This document shows, piece by piece, positions 1-11,876 of a stretch of 64,000 nucleotides of DNA (position 1 is the stretch's first letter; every line of letters starts with the position of its first letter). Position numbers and translations under genes: made by a program. Below the pieces are notes generated by a model. The model saw only the letters and a list, made by a program, of their open reading frames with translations. It did not search any database and was not told where the DNA came from. Origin of the DNA: Scenedesmus sp. PABB004 (taxonomy: Eukaryota); assembly GCA_014905635.1 (NCBI GenBank), contig JABVCE010000031.1, positions 186,001-250,000 on the forward strand. Reading direction: 5' to 3'.

Positions 1-104
1 GCGCGGCGCCGCGCGGCGTGTGCGCGACGGCGCCTCCGCCCGCCGCCGGGCTGCGCGGGCCGCCGGCTGAGATGCGCACTGCGCGCGCGCACGCGCGCGT
101 GCAG

Positions 105-575
105 CTTTGGCTCCCGCGCGCGCGGCATGAAGAGCCGCGTGACGCTCAACGTGCGGCTCAGCGCCGAGGCGCTCGCCGCGCAGCTGGCGGCGGCGCAGGC
201 CAAGGCACGGCGCGGCGCGCGCGCGGCTTGCGGCGGCCTGGCGCGCCGCCGCGCGGGCAGCTGCGGCCGCCCCTGAGCCTGCGCCGCCGCGCCGCCGCGC
301 TGCGCCCGTGGTGGCAGATCAAGGCGCTCGAGCAGCAGCTCGCCGACGGCCGCGCGGCGGCGGCGCTGGCGGCCGCCGCGCCGCCAGAGCCGCGCGGGAC
401 GCCGCCTGCGCCGCCCCTGCCCGGCTGCGGCGGTGGCGGCTGTGGTGGCGGCTGTGGCGCGCGCGTGCTGCCGTGGTGGCAGCACGCGGTGCTGGCGGGC
501 GTGAGCGTGCTGAGCATGGCGGCGTACATGGGCTGGGAGGCGCGCTGGCTGGCGACCCAGGCGGTGGTGGCCTGA
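105..575 (+). CDS. 3' end of a kinesin-like protein (end of motor domain, neck, short coil, C-terminal hydrophobic segment); 5' part lies outside the window
   Basis: Exon 105-204 reads FGSRARGMKSRVTLNVRLSAEALAAQLAAAQAK, resembling the kinesin motor end/neck (LRFGxRAKxIKN..VN..LSAEE). GC-AG intron 205-317. Exon 318-575 reads IKALEQQL...WWQHAVLAGVSVLSMAAYMGW...stop. Confidence 0.6.
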   Translation, partial: LWLPRARHEEPRDAQRAAQRRGARRAAGGGAGQGTARRARGLRRPGAPPRGQLRPPLSLRRRAAALRPWWQIKALEQQLADGRAAAALAAAAPPEPRGTPPAPPLPGCGGGGCGGGCGARVLPWWQHAVLAGVSVLSMAAYMGWEARWLATQAVVA

Positions 576-619
576 GCGGTCGGTGTGACAGCGTGACCGC
601 CACAGACACGGGCCCTCGC

Positions 620-624
620 TTACA
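620..624 (-). promoter_or_regulatory. Putative green-algal polyadenylation signal TGTAA for the TBC gene
   Basis: TTACA on + strand, about 320 nt past the TBC stop. Similar minus-strand TGTAA at 7131-7135 (after the protease) and 43362-43366 (after FtsY). Confidence 0.4.
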
Positions 625-940
625 CGCGGGCGCGCCGCGCTCGCTGGCCGGCGCCGCCGCCGCCCCCGGGCAGCGCAAGCAGGCGACCGCGCGACTAGGA
701 TTGAATCAATGAGCCAAAGCCGCCTGGGATGGATGACTCATCCCAAACGTCCGACCTGCCCGACACAGCCGCACGGCAGCGAGAGAACACACCGCGCCAG
801 GCCGAGAGCTGCCTGGCTGGCTGCTGGACAGGGGCTCGCCGGACCAACTCGATAACCGCAGCCGTCGACCCCGCGCACGGGCGGCTCGTGCCGCCAACCG
901 CTGCTGCTGCCGCTGCTGCTGCCGCTCGCGGCCGCCGCCG

Positions 941-3900
941 CTACCGCGGCGGGCCCATGCTGACCGGCGTGACGAGGCCCGCGCCGCCGCCGCTGCCGCC
1001 GCTCGCCGCAGCCGCGGCCTGCTGCTGGTACTGCCGGCGCAGCTGCTCCAGCCGCCGCGACACGGGGATGCGCAGCGCCGCCTGCGCGCACGGGCGGCGG
1101 TGTCGGGCCGGCGGCGCGCGGCGCCACAGCCGCCGCCTCGGCCGCGTGGCCAGCCAGCCCTGCGCGCGTCTGCCGACCCACGCACCTTCATGAGCGCGTC
1201 TGGGTGGCGCGCGAGCAGCGGGAAGCCGTTGCGGCTGTTCAGCGCGGCGACGAGCTTCTCAAACGGCAGCGCCGACAGCTGCTCCTGCGCGCTGACCAGC
1301 AGCGCGACGCCGACGCGGAACACGACCTGCGCCCGGCGGCGGCGGGCTCGGCGGCCGCGGCGCCGCGCCCACAGCGCCTGCGCCGCGGCACCCCACGCTG
1401 AGCCGCTCGCTGCCGGGCACGCTCTCCCGCCCGTTCGGCCCGCACCCACACGCGCACACCACGCCCACGCCCACGCCCACGCCCAGGCGGCTGTCTGCTC
1501 AACCCCCCAGCCCGGCGCACCTTCATGCCCTCAAGCAGGAAGACGTCCCACACGCGCAGCAGCTGCTCAAAGGGCAGGCTGTAGGCAAAGACGGTGTTGA
1601 ACCAGTGCGTGCAGTACATGCTCGGCACGACGCCCTCCTGCGAGAGCGCGCGCGGCCCAGCGCGGGTGGGGCGTTGGCGGCAGCGGCGGCGGGCGCGGCG
1701 CCGCGGGGCGGAGAGGGAGAGGGAGGGGCGAGGGAGAGGCGCGCGGGAGAGGCGCACGGGCGCCGCACCGCCTCCAGGTGCCCGCCGAGGCGCGGGTGCT
1801 CGGCCTTGAGCAGCTCCTGGAACTGGAAGAGGCACTGCGTCAGCAGCGGCATGCCCGCCTGGTACAGCCCCTCCAGCGGCGGGCTGCACGGCCCGGGCCC
1901 GCCCGGCCCGCGCAGCGGCGGCGGCCGCAGCTCCGCGAGCAGCCCGCGCTCGCGCTCGCGCGGCGGCGCGCCGCCGCCGCCGCCGCCGCCGCCGCTGCCG
2001 CGGCCCGCCGCCGACCCGGGGCTGCCCGGCGCCCGCCCGCCGCCGCTGCCGGCCGGGCTGCTGGCGGCGCCGCCGCCGCTGCTCGCGCCGCCGCCGCCGC
2101 CGCCCGGGGCGGCGCCCGTGCCCTTGAGCAGCGCGGTGAGCGTCCAGAACGCCTCCTCCTCGCCCATGTACATGAGCAGTATGGCCGCCACAAAGCCCAT
2201 GCCCTGCACGTACCCGACCTGCGGCGGACGCGCAATGCGGCGGCAGCGCGGCGTGGCAGCGCGCGTGAGCGCTGGGCGCGGCGGCGGGCCTCTTGCCGCC
2301 AGGCAGGCGGCGGCGCGCGCGCCTGGCGGTCGGACGCGCTGTACGCGCGCAGGACGTGGAAGAGGCCCCGCTGCCCCGGGCCCTGGCGCTGCGCGAAGAA
2401 GACGTGGTTGGGGAACGTCCTGGGCGACGCCGGCGGCGCGGGCGCGCGCGCGGGCGCGGCGCGTGACGAGGGGCGGCGCGGGCGGGCCCGCGGCGGGCCC
2501 GGTGCGTGCAGCCCTCCTCAGCCCACGGCCCCGAGCCCCAACAGGCCCTGAAAACCCCAAGCCCTGCTACTGGAAGTTGCCGCCGCGTCCGCCGCCGCCG
2601 CGCCTGTTGAGGTCACGCATGATCTCCAGGTCTGTCGCTGCGTCCGCCGCCGCGAGCAGCGCGGCGTAGCGCCCCGGCGCGCCGCACATGAGCGCGTGGC
2701 CGCCTGCGCGGCGGGCGGCGCGGCGGCGCGAGCTCTGCGCGCGAGGCGCCCCGCCGCGCCGCGCCACGCTGTCCGCGCCGCGCCGCCCGCGCCGCGTCGC
2801 CCGCGCCGCCGCCGCGGCGCCGCGCCGTACCCGAGAGGTACTGCCAGACCAGGCCCCGGAACTCGTCCGGGATGCCCTTGCGCACGCGCCGCTTGACCTT
2901 GGCCGGCTTGGCCGCCCAATAAGCCTCGAAGTCGGCCCGCCCGCCGCCGAGCATGCGGCGCCACTTGGCGACGCGCCGCGTCTCGCGCCGCACCTGCCCC
3001 GCCGGGCGGCGCCGCGGCGGCGCCGCGCCCGCGGCGCCGGCGGCGTGCGCCGTGCCCCGCGCGCCGCCGCCGCCGTCGCCCGGTGAGAGAATGAACCCGT
3101 ATCGGTCCAGCTGCAGGCACTGCGCCGACGAGAGCAGCACCTGCGTCTCGGTGAGCTTGCCTGCGTGCGGCACGCGGGGCGCGGCGGGGCGGTGCGGGGC
3201 GTGGCCGGCCCTCCCTGGCGGCGCCGCGCGCGCGCGCCCGGCAGCCGGCGCAGCGATGGACGGCGCGGGCGCTGGCGGCTCACCCTGCGGCACCTCGTAA
3301 TCTGGGTCGCTGCCGCCGCCTCGCCGCGGCTGCGGGGGCTGCTGCTGCTGCTGGTGCTGGTGCTGCTGCTGCAGCGGCGCTGCCGCCCCCGCCGCGCCTG
3401 CCGCCCCCGCCGCGCCTGCTGCGCCCGCCGCCGCCGCGGTGCCGCCGGCGCCGCCCGGCTCCGGTGCGCTGGGCTCGCTGCTGCTGCACGGCCGCTCGTC
3501 GGCTCCGCGCAGGGACGAGCTGCCGCTGCTGCTGCTCGGGCTGCTGGGGCTGCTATCGCCGCCTCTGCTGCCTCTGCTCCTGCTGCCTCTGCTGCCGCCC
3601 GGGGGGCTGCTCCCCCGCGGCGCCGCAGCCGCTGCCTGCTGCGCGCCGGGCGGCGCCGCTGGCCCCGTCGCGGCCTGCTGCTCGTGCGGGCCGCCGCCGC
3701 CGCCGCCGGCCGCCGCGCCGCTGCCGCTGGTCGACGTCTCTGTCGAGGACGAGTCGTCCAGGTCGCTCAGCTCGCCCAGCGTCGCGCTGCGCGAGTGGTG
3801 GGAGGCGCGCGAGCCCGCGCTGTCGCCGCCCGCGGCGCGCGCGGCCGCCGCCGCGCCCGCTGGCGGCGGCGGCGGCGTGCGCTGCTCGAGCCGCAGCGCC

Positions 3901-4265
3901 TGCACGCCGCAGCCCGCTGCTGCCGCTGCCCCAGGGCTGCCGCGCCCGGGCGACGGCTCGTCGCCGTGCTGCCGCGCCGCGGGCCGCTGCTGGCGCGGGC
4001 TGTGCGGCCCCGCCGCGTGCCGCGCCGCCGCTGCGCGCGCGGGCGTGAGCTTGGCCGCGGCGTCGATGCTGGCGTAGCCGCCGCGCGGCGAGCGCAGGCT
4101 GGCCGGCGGTGGCGAGCGCGGCGAGCGGCCCGGCGAGCGGCCCCCCGGCGAGCGGCCCCCCGGCGAGGCCAGCGGCTCCAGCGCCGCCGGGGGCGGGCCA
4201 CGCGCCACGCGGGCGCGCGCGCCCAGCTGCTGCTGCTGCTGCTGCTGCTGCTCCTGCTGCTGCAT
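941..4265 (-). CDS. TBC-domain Rab GTPase-activating protein (EVI5/TBC1D10-like), multi-exon, with a long low-complexity N-terminus
   Basis: Spliced motifs DRYGF, VAKWRRML, RKGIPDEFRGLVWQYLSG, IMRDLNR|TFPNHVFF (Arg finger), GYVQGMGFVAAILL (Gln finger), SMYCTHWFNTVF, LLRVWDVFLLEGMK|VVFRVGVALL. ATG at 4265, TAG at 941-943. Confidence 0.92.
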
Positions 4266-4773
4266 CGTGGCTGCCGGCACGCCGCCTCAGCCGGCGGCTG
4301 GCGGCGGCATCGCGGCCGGCCGCCGCGCGGCGAGCGGCAACAGCGCGTGCGCGCCGCCGGCGCTCAGGGGCCGCCTGCAGCGCCCGGCCCGCCCGCTGCG
4401 ACTGGCATGCGTTGGGCCCGCGCCGACGGCGCACCGCCCGGGCGCTGGGCAGGCCGGGAGCGGGTGTTGCCGGGGGTTGGGCCCGTTGTTGCGCGCCGCG
4501 CGGCGATGGCGGTCCTCCGGCACGCTCTCGGCGCCGCTCTGGATCCAGGAGGGCTCCCAGCGCGCTGCCGGGACGCTCACGCGCGGCGTAAGCCCGGCCG
4601 CGGTCCCGGAAACCAGCCCCGCAGCGCCCGCGCCTCCGCACCACAATCCCCGGCCCCCACTGACTCCTCCCCAGCACCCCACCGCGGTCCGCGAGACCGC
4701 ACTCCAGCAAGGGCGCGCGCGCCGCTGCGCCGGCGTCGCGGCCGCGCCCGCGGGCGCCGTGCGCCGCCGCCGC

Positions 4774-5256
4774 ATGCAGCCGCGCGGCGGCGGCGGGGCG
4801 CGACGCGGCAACAAGTGGACCCGGGCCGACGCCGGCGGCGGCGCCGGCGGCGCTGCGACGCCTGCCGCTGCTGCGCCAGCGGCGCCGCCGGCCGCGGCGG
4901 GCCATGCGCAGGCCGCATATGCCAAGCCCAGCCGCTTCAGCCTGCGGCTGCAGCCCGCCGGCGGCGAGGCGGCGCGGCCGCATCAGGCGCGCAGCGCGGC
5001 GCCTGCGGCCGCCGCCGTCGCCGCCGCGACGGCGCGGGCTGCCGCCGCGGCCGCGGCCGCGTCGACGCGGCGCGCTGGCGCCGCGAGCAGCAGCAGCAGC
5101 AGCGCTGCTCCTGCCGCTGGGCGCGCAGCTGCCGGACCACCGCGGGCGCAGCAGCAGCAGCCGCGGCGAGAGCAGGTGCCGGCGGCGCCGCGGCGGGCGC
5201 CCGGCGTGCCTGCTCGGCCGCAGCAGCCGGCGCCACCACAGCAGCCAGCGGCGGCA

Positions 5257-5296
<40 letters not shown>

Positions 5297-5359
5297 AGCA
5301 GCAGCAGCAGCTGGTGCACAAGCCGTGGCCGCGCCGCCAGCAGAAACCGCCCGTGCCGC

Positions 5360-5408
<49 letters not shown>

Positions 5409-7051
5409 GCGGCGTGCGCCGCCGGCGCTGCCGCTCGGGCCGCGGCCGGCGGCCAAGCAGCGCGGGCGCCCGCTGCCGGGCGGCCCGCAGCAGCGGCCGG
5501 GCGGCGGTGCCACGCAGCTCATCGTGCGCCCGGCCAAGGTGGGGGCCGCCGCATGGCTCGTGCCGTGTGCGCGCCGCGCAGCGCGCCGCGTGGCTCACGC
5601 GCTGCCCGCCGCGCCGCCGCCGCCCCAGGAGGGCAGCAACGCCAGCCTGCTGTACCGCCGCAGCCGCACCAAGCTGGAGCGCACGCGCGTCCAGGCGGCG
5701 GTGCCGTGCGCGAGCCTGACCTGGGTCAACGCGGCGGCCTCGCCGCACCTCGCCGCGGCGGCCGCAGACGCGGCCGCCAAGCGGCAGCAGCAGGTGGCGG
5801 CGCGCCAGGCGGCGCTGCAGCGCGCGCGGCAGGCGCGGGCGGCGCTGCTGGCGAGCAGGCGCGGCGGCGGGCAGGGCCTGGCGCCGGCGCCGGTTGTGGG
5901 CGGCCGGGCGCGCGGCGGCGTCGCGCCCGGCGGCGGGGCGGGGGCTGGCGCGCTCAAGCTGGTGCGCGTCGGCAGCCAGCTGTTCTACTCCACTCCGCAG
6001 GGCCTCCGCTCGCTCGCCGCCGCGCCGCTGCGGCGCGCGTTGCCGCTGCGGGCCCGCACGGCCGGCGCGGCCGGCGCGGCGGCGGGCGCGCTCGGCGCAG
6101 GGCGGGCGGGCGGCGGCCGCGGCGGCAGCAGGAGCTGGCGCAGGGGCGGCGCGACCGCCGGCGCGGCCGCCGCACGCAGCGCTGGCGGCGCGGCCGGCCG
6201 GGCAGGACCTGCACCAGCGCCGCGCGCCCCGCGACCGCTGGCCCCGACGGGCGGCGTGGTGAAGCGGCTCGCGAGCAGCAGCGCCGTCGCGCGCAGCCTC
6301 GCGCTCGCACGCGGGCGCAGCGCGGCGCGGCGCGCGGCCGCGCAGCGCGGGCTCTGCCTGGCCTTCTGCCGGCACGGCGTCTGCGCCGACGCGCTCGCGG
6401 GGCGCTGCGACGCCGTGCACGACCCCGCGCGCGTCGCGGTGTGCGCCGCCTGGCTCGCGGGCGCGTGCGCGGCGCCGTCCTGCAAGCTGCAGCACAAGGC
6501 CGTGCCGGAGCTCATGCCGCTGTGCAGCTTTTTCCTCAAGGTGGGCGCCGCGCTGCGCAGCCGCCGCGCCCGCCGCGGCCGCCGGTGCTGCGGCGGCCCC
6601 CCGCGCGGCCGCCGCCCGCGCTGCACGCCGCGCCGCCCGCCCCGCCCCGTGCGCCCGCCCGCGCCGCGGCGCTCGCGCCGCCGCCGCGCAGGGCGTGTGC
6701 GGCAACCGGGACTGCCCCTACCTGCACGTGAAGCTGCCGGCCAACGCGCCGCCCTGCGCCGCCTTTCTGCGCGGCCACTGCCCGCGCGGCGCCGCCTGCC
6801 CGCACAAGCACCTCACGCAGAAGATGGTGAGGGAGCTGCGGCAGGAGCAGCGCGCCGCCGCCGCTCAGGCGCGGAACGGCGGCGCGGGCGCACGCCCCGC
6901 GGCGGGCCAGCAAGCCGGTGGCAGCGCGGCGGCGCCGCCCGCCGCCGCGGCGGCCGCATGCGGCGGCGCGCGGCGCAGCAGCTCCGCCAGGCTGGCCGCC
7001 GAGCTGGCGGCGCTGCTGCCCGACGCGGCGGACGAGCGAGCGAGCGAGTGA
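4774..7051 (+). CDS. CCCH zinc-finger protein, ZC3H3-like (four tandem C-terminal fingers)
   Basis: Exon 4774-6540, intron 6541-6691, exon 6692-7051. Fingers CLAFCRHGVC..RCDAVH, CAAWLAGAC..CKLQH, CSFFLK|GVC..DCPYLH, CAAFLRGHC..CPHKH. Poly-Q/poly-A N-terminus. Confidence 0.85.
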
Positions 7052-7698
7052 GCGCGGGCGCGAGAGCCGTACAGCCGGTCGGCGCTGCACAAGCGCTGCC
7101 GGCTGCGTGGGTAACGGGTTCGCACACTTATTACAGCCCCGGCAGTGCCACGGTCGGCGCGTCCGTGTCCGCGCCGCCGCCCGCGCCAGGCCATAGCCAG
7201 TGCCGCGCTGTCAGCACACTGCGCGCGCCACGTGGCCACCGGGAGGCAACCGGGAACGCACCGGGAAGGTCTCGTCGTCCCAGTGCACGCACTCCGCCGC
7301 CGCTGGCCCGGACCGGCCAGGCCCATGTTCCGACCGCGCTGCAACCGCCAGCGCTCGAGCGTGACAGGCCCGACCGCAGCGCATCGCATCGCTGCGCTCG
7401 CCACGCGCATTGCTGCATTTCAATGATCCGCCGGCCGGCCACCAACCGCCAAGGCTGCTATGGCGACCGCTGAGTTTAGGGGCTAGGGGTTGTTGAATGG
7501 GGTTCAGACCACAGGTTTATTGGGTTGATGATGCGCGCCGCAGCGCAGCTCGCGACTTCTTGGCTGAAGGGCATGCCATGCCACCGTCAAGGCAATAAAG
7601 CGAGGCAAAGGCAAAGCGAGGCAAAGGCAGGAAGGAGCAATCACTACTGCGTACGCGCGGCATTGCAAACCAGGGGGGCGGGGGAGGGAGCCGTGCCC

Positions 7699-10430
7699 TT
7701 ACCACGTCACAAACGCGGTTGTCTGCGAGGCCGTGGCGTTGAGCGCGAACCCGCTGAGCGTCGCCGACGTGAGCGTGAAGGTGCAGCGCTTGTCGGTCTT
7801 GGCAAAGTTGCTGTTGGCCAGCGCGACCGTGCCGGTGCTGCCGGTGCTGCCGCTCGTGGCGCTCCCCGTCGGCGTCCAGCTGCCCGACACCGCGACGCCC
7901 GCGAGGTTGGCGCCCGTGTCCTGGCGCACCACGCGCACCGTGGCCGTGCAGCGGTACTTGCTGCCGGACGGCGCCGCCACGACCGTGATCGACGGCACCA
8001 CCATCGCCACGGGCCCCACCGGCGGCGGCGGCCGCGGCAGAGGGCTGCGTTGCAGTGGGCGCGGGCGCGGCGGCGGGTGAGCGCGCGCGCGCGCACAGGC
8101 GCGGGGCGGGCGCGGGGCGCCGGGGAGCTCGCGCGCGCGCGCGGACCTCGGGCTGGGGCTCGGGCTGGGGCTCGGGCTGGGGCTCGGGCTGGGGCTGGGG
8201 CTGGGCGTCGGCGCGGGCCTGAACGTGACGTCCAGGTTGAACGTCCCCAGGCTGCCGTACGCCGTGTAGCTGGTGCCCAGGCCGGTGCCCGCCACGCTCG
8301 CGTAGATTGTGCCCGCCGCCGCGACGGTCAGGCTCGCCGACGCGCTGAGCGTCGCGTCGCTCGGCGCGCCGGTGGGGTTGGCCGACACGAGCGGCGTGAC
8401 GCCGTCGGGGCCGAGCAGCGTGAGCAGGATGTCGAGGTTGGTCCGCACCACGGTCGCGCTGAACGGGGACACGCCGCGCGCGCTGACCGTCAGGCTGCCC
8501 GCGCTCGGCAGCGCGATCGCAAACACCTCGGCGCCGCCCGCCGCGCGCACGACGCCCGCGGCCGCGCCGGTCGACGCGCCCGCGGTCGCGTTGGCGAGCA
8601 GCGCCAGCGGCGCCGCGGCCGCGGCGCTGCCGCCCGACGCGGCCCGCGCGGGCGCGAGGCCGCCCGTTGCAGCCATGACCGCGAGGTCGTCCTGCGGGCG
8701 GCCGGTGGGGTTGGAGGCGCAGGTGTAGGTGCCGTCGCTCCACGTTGAGATGGTGCTGTAGTACCCGGCGCCCTGCGGCAGTGACGCGGCAGGTCGGCGG
8801 GCAGGTCGGCGGGCAGGTCGGCGGGCAGGTCGGCGGGCTGCGCGGCGCGCGGCGCGCGGCGCGCAGGGCGCATCCCCCAGGCGCGGCGCGGCGCGCGGGG
8901 CGCGAGCCTCTGGCCGCTTGGTCGTGCGCACCATGATCGGGGACCAGTGGTAGCTGTGGAAGCGGCCGTCGTAGGTCTCCATGGCCGTGACGTTAGCCGC
9001 GCACGCGGTCGTGCCGGCGTGGTAGAGTCCGAGGGTGTGGCCCACCTCGTGGGAGACTGCGCGCGCACGGCGGGGCACGGGGCGCGGCGGGCGGCGGGCG
9101 GCGGGCGGCGGGCGGCGGGCGGCGGCGGTGTGGTCGGCCGCGGCGCGGCGAGGGCGAGGGGGGGGGGGCGGCGGGCGGGGTGCGGGCGGGTGCGGGCGGG
9201 TGCGCGGAGCGCGGCGCACCGGCCTCCCAGATGAAGCGCGTGCTGTTGCGCAGCTGCACGGGGAAGACAAACGCGGTGTTGGCCTCGCCCGCGGACGTGG
9301 TGCTGCTCCAGCTGCCGACGTACGCGAGGCCGCCGTAGGCCGCGCCCGACCACGCCGTGCTGCTGCCGCCGATCGCCACGCGCACGCCCGCGCCCGGCAG
9401 CAGGCTGCCGTCGTCCTTGGTCGTGACGTCGACGTCAAACGGGCTGCGGCGGGCGGCGGTGCGCAGACCCGGTCGGCGCCTGGGCGGCGCCGCGGACGCG
9501 CCACGCCGCCGGCGGCGCGCCGTGCTGCCCACAGGCGCACCCCACACACCCACGGGCGCACGCCCAAACGCGCGCACCCCCACACGCGCGCACCTGAAGT
9601 CCTCTGCCACGGAGCGCCAGATGGCGACCATGGCCGCCAGCTCGGCGGTCGAGAAGGCCGCGGGGTTGCCGTCGGTGTCAAACGCGGGCGTCACGATCGG
9701 CGCGCCGCCCGTGTAGGCGGCGTTGAACTGGGAGTTGGACACGGTGCAGCCGTCAAAGTCGAGCAGGATCTTCTTGGCCGCGCCGGGGCGCGACGAGAGC
9801 GCGAGCACCGCGGCGGGCGTGAGCGGCACGGTGCTGTCCGGCGCCTGCGGCTCCACGCTGCCGCCGCCCGGCAGCGGCGCGGCCTGCGCGAGCTGGGCGT
9901 CGGGGTGCGTGGCGTCGCTGGCGTCGGCGCCGCGCCCGGCCCGGCCGGGCGGGTCCACGCGCTCCAGCACGCCGTCGGGCACCCGGCCGCGGCCGTGGCC
10001 CGGCTCGTCGTGGTCGTGGTCGTGGTCCTCCTCGCCGTGGTCGGGGCCGCTGCACATGTAGGTCAGCGCCTCCGCATGAACGTCCACAAACTGCACGAGC
10101 GGAGCGGCGGGGGCGCGATCGGTCCCGAGCGGCCGCGGCGGCCGGGCCGGTGACGCGTGGCCCGCGGCGGCTGCAGCGCCCGTGCGCGCCCCCGCGCACC
10201 AGGTCGTGGTCGCGCTGGAGGAGCGCGTCCAGGTCGTCCACGCTGCCGCCGAAGCGCGCGCTGGCGGCGATGCGGCGGAGCTTGTCCTCGCCGAGTTCGG
10301 CTTTCGGCCCCGCGCCGCGCGTCTCCGCGCGCGCCCAGCCACGCATGCGGCTGGGATCAGGCTGCGCGCTGGCGGCGGACGCCAGGAGCAGGAACAGCAG
10401 CCCCGCGAGCGCGAGGGCGCGCGGAGCCAT
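7699..10430 (-). CDS. Secreted zinc metalloprotease (metzincin, bacterial reprolysin/M12-like) with PPC-like domain, (SP)n linker and C-terminal beta domain
   Basis: Signal peptide MAPRALALAGLLFLLLASAASA; prodomain YMCSGPDH..DHDHDH; KILLDFDG, WRSVAEDF|SPFDVDVTT, GGLAYVG; zinc motif HEVGHTLGLYH (9019-9051); Met-turn WSPIM|GAGYY; QDDLAVM; NLDILLTL..YGSLGTF; PSPSPS. Stop TAA at 7699. Confidence 0.88.
8789..8838. repeat. 12-bp tandem repeat (GCAGGTCGGCGG)x4 inside a protease intron
   Basis: Directly visible in the sequence. Confidence 0.85.
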
Positions 10431-10876
10431 CGTCTCTCGCTCGGCGGCTCGCTCCGGGGGGCGCCTAGGGCTGCCGCGGCTAGGTGCGGCGGCAAAACCG
10501 TTTCTTCAGACCAGTTTGGCGCGATGGAGGCACGCGCGGCGCGGGGGCGCGCTGCAGCGGAGCTGGACAGCTCGGTCCGCACATCCATCGGCTGCCGAGG
10601 ACGACGACCGCCCGGCGACCGCCGCGCCGCCATGGCGCGACGCCGCCAGCGGTGGCGCGGAAGCCGAAGGAGGCCTCGCAAGCGACGGCGGCGGCTGCGG
10701 CCTCTGCGCTCGGCCGCCGCCGCGGGTGACGCCAGCCCCCCGGGCTGGAAGGGCCGCTGCCGCCACGTCGCGCCTGCCGTCGCGTCTGGCCCGCGTGAGA
10801 CCGCAGGTTGCCTCGCGGCCGTCCCGCCGGTGCGCCGCACGCCGCAGGACGTCGCCGCGCGGCGCGCGCCGCGCAG

Positions 10877-11482
10877 TCAGCGCCCCCCGGCGGCGCCGCT
10901 GCCCTGCGCCGCGAGCCGCCGCTCCAGCGCCTCAAACGCGTCCAGCCCGGCGGCCATCGCGCGCGCCTGCGCGACTGCCGCGACGTCCAGGACCGGCACG
11001 CCCGGGTGGTGCGCGGCCATGTGCTCGACGTACGCCTGCAGCTTGTCACGGTACAGGTCCCACACGCACACCTGCGCGCAGCGGCCCGTGGCGCGGCGTG
11101 CCAACCCGCCGGCCGCCGCCCGCGCCGGCAGCGCGCCCCGTGCCGCGCCGCACCTTGCAGCCGCGCCCGCAGCACTCGCCGGGCGCCGGCTCGCGCGGCG
11201 GCGCGGGCGGCGCGGCGACGGGCTGGGCGGCGGCGGGCGGGGGAGCGGCGCTGCCGGCGGGCGCGGCAGCAGCGGGCGGGCCGCGGCGGGCGGCGGCGTG
11301 AGCGGCGCCGCAAATCGAGCGCGCGATGAGCGCGATGAGCGCAGGGAGCGGCGAGGCTCGTGCTTCCGGCCGCCGCTTCGACAGCGTTCGAGCGAGCGAG
11401 CAGCGCGCGATGCGGCGGCGCTGCTCTGCTGTCCTGCCGCGCGGCGGCCGCTCCTGCTGCCCCGCTCACCCGGCTTCAACAT
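10877..11482 (-). CDS. Oxidoreductase-like domain protein (OXLD1 / Oxidored-like, PF09791 type)
   Basis: Splicing across an intron at about 11072-11153 gives PPREPAPGECCGRGCK|VCVWDLYRDKLQAY, matching the PxxCCGxGCxxCVWxxY signature. The start (ATG 11482 plus intron) is uncertain. Confidence 0.75.
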   Translation of the reverse strand: MLKPGERGSRSGRRAAGQQSSAAASRAARSLERCRSGGRKHEPRRSLRSSRSSRARFAAPLTPPPAAARPLLPRPPAAPLPRPPPPSPSPRRPRRRASRRPASAAGAAARCGAARGALPARAAAGGLARRATGRCAQVCVWDLYRDKLQAYVEHMAAHHPGVPVLDVAAVAQARAMAAGLDAFEALERRLAAQGSGAAGGR

Positions 11483-11876
11483 TCATGAGAGAGCGCGCCA
11501 GCCCGGGGGCGGCGGCAGCGGCGCGTCTGGGCAGTGGCAGCGGCGGCGGCGGCGGCGGCAGCGGCGTGGCTGTGCAGACGGCGGTGGTCGCGCGGGGGCG
11601 AGGGCGCCGTGACTGTGGGCCAATGCTGGCGAGTTCTCTCGCCGCGCCGGTGCTGCGCGACCCGCCTGCTCGCCTGCCGCGGGTGGCCGTTCGCGCGCCG
11701 TGCCGCGGTGACCGGACGTCCGAGCCGGGGACGCTCGGCCGGGGCCGTGCCCAGCAGCAGCACTGCAGTTCATGCGCTCGACAAAGGCACTGCCACCCCC
11801 ACAACAACGCGGCGCTCAAGCCTGGCCAGCCAAGATGCAGCTGAGCTCAGCGCCGAGCTCAGCCGAGCGCACGCCG

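Noticed and set aside
3165..6731. Very long ORFs (1188 aa, 1050 aa, 1198 aa at 31454, 962 aa at 35413 and others)
   Set aside because: Arg/Ala/Gly/Pro-rich shadow frames caused by stop-codon scarcity at extreme GC. They overlap motif-bearing genes in other frames or strands.
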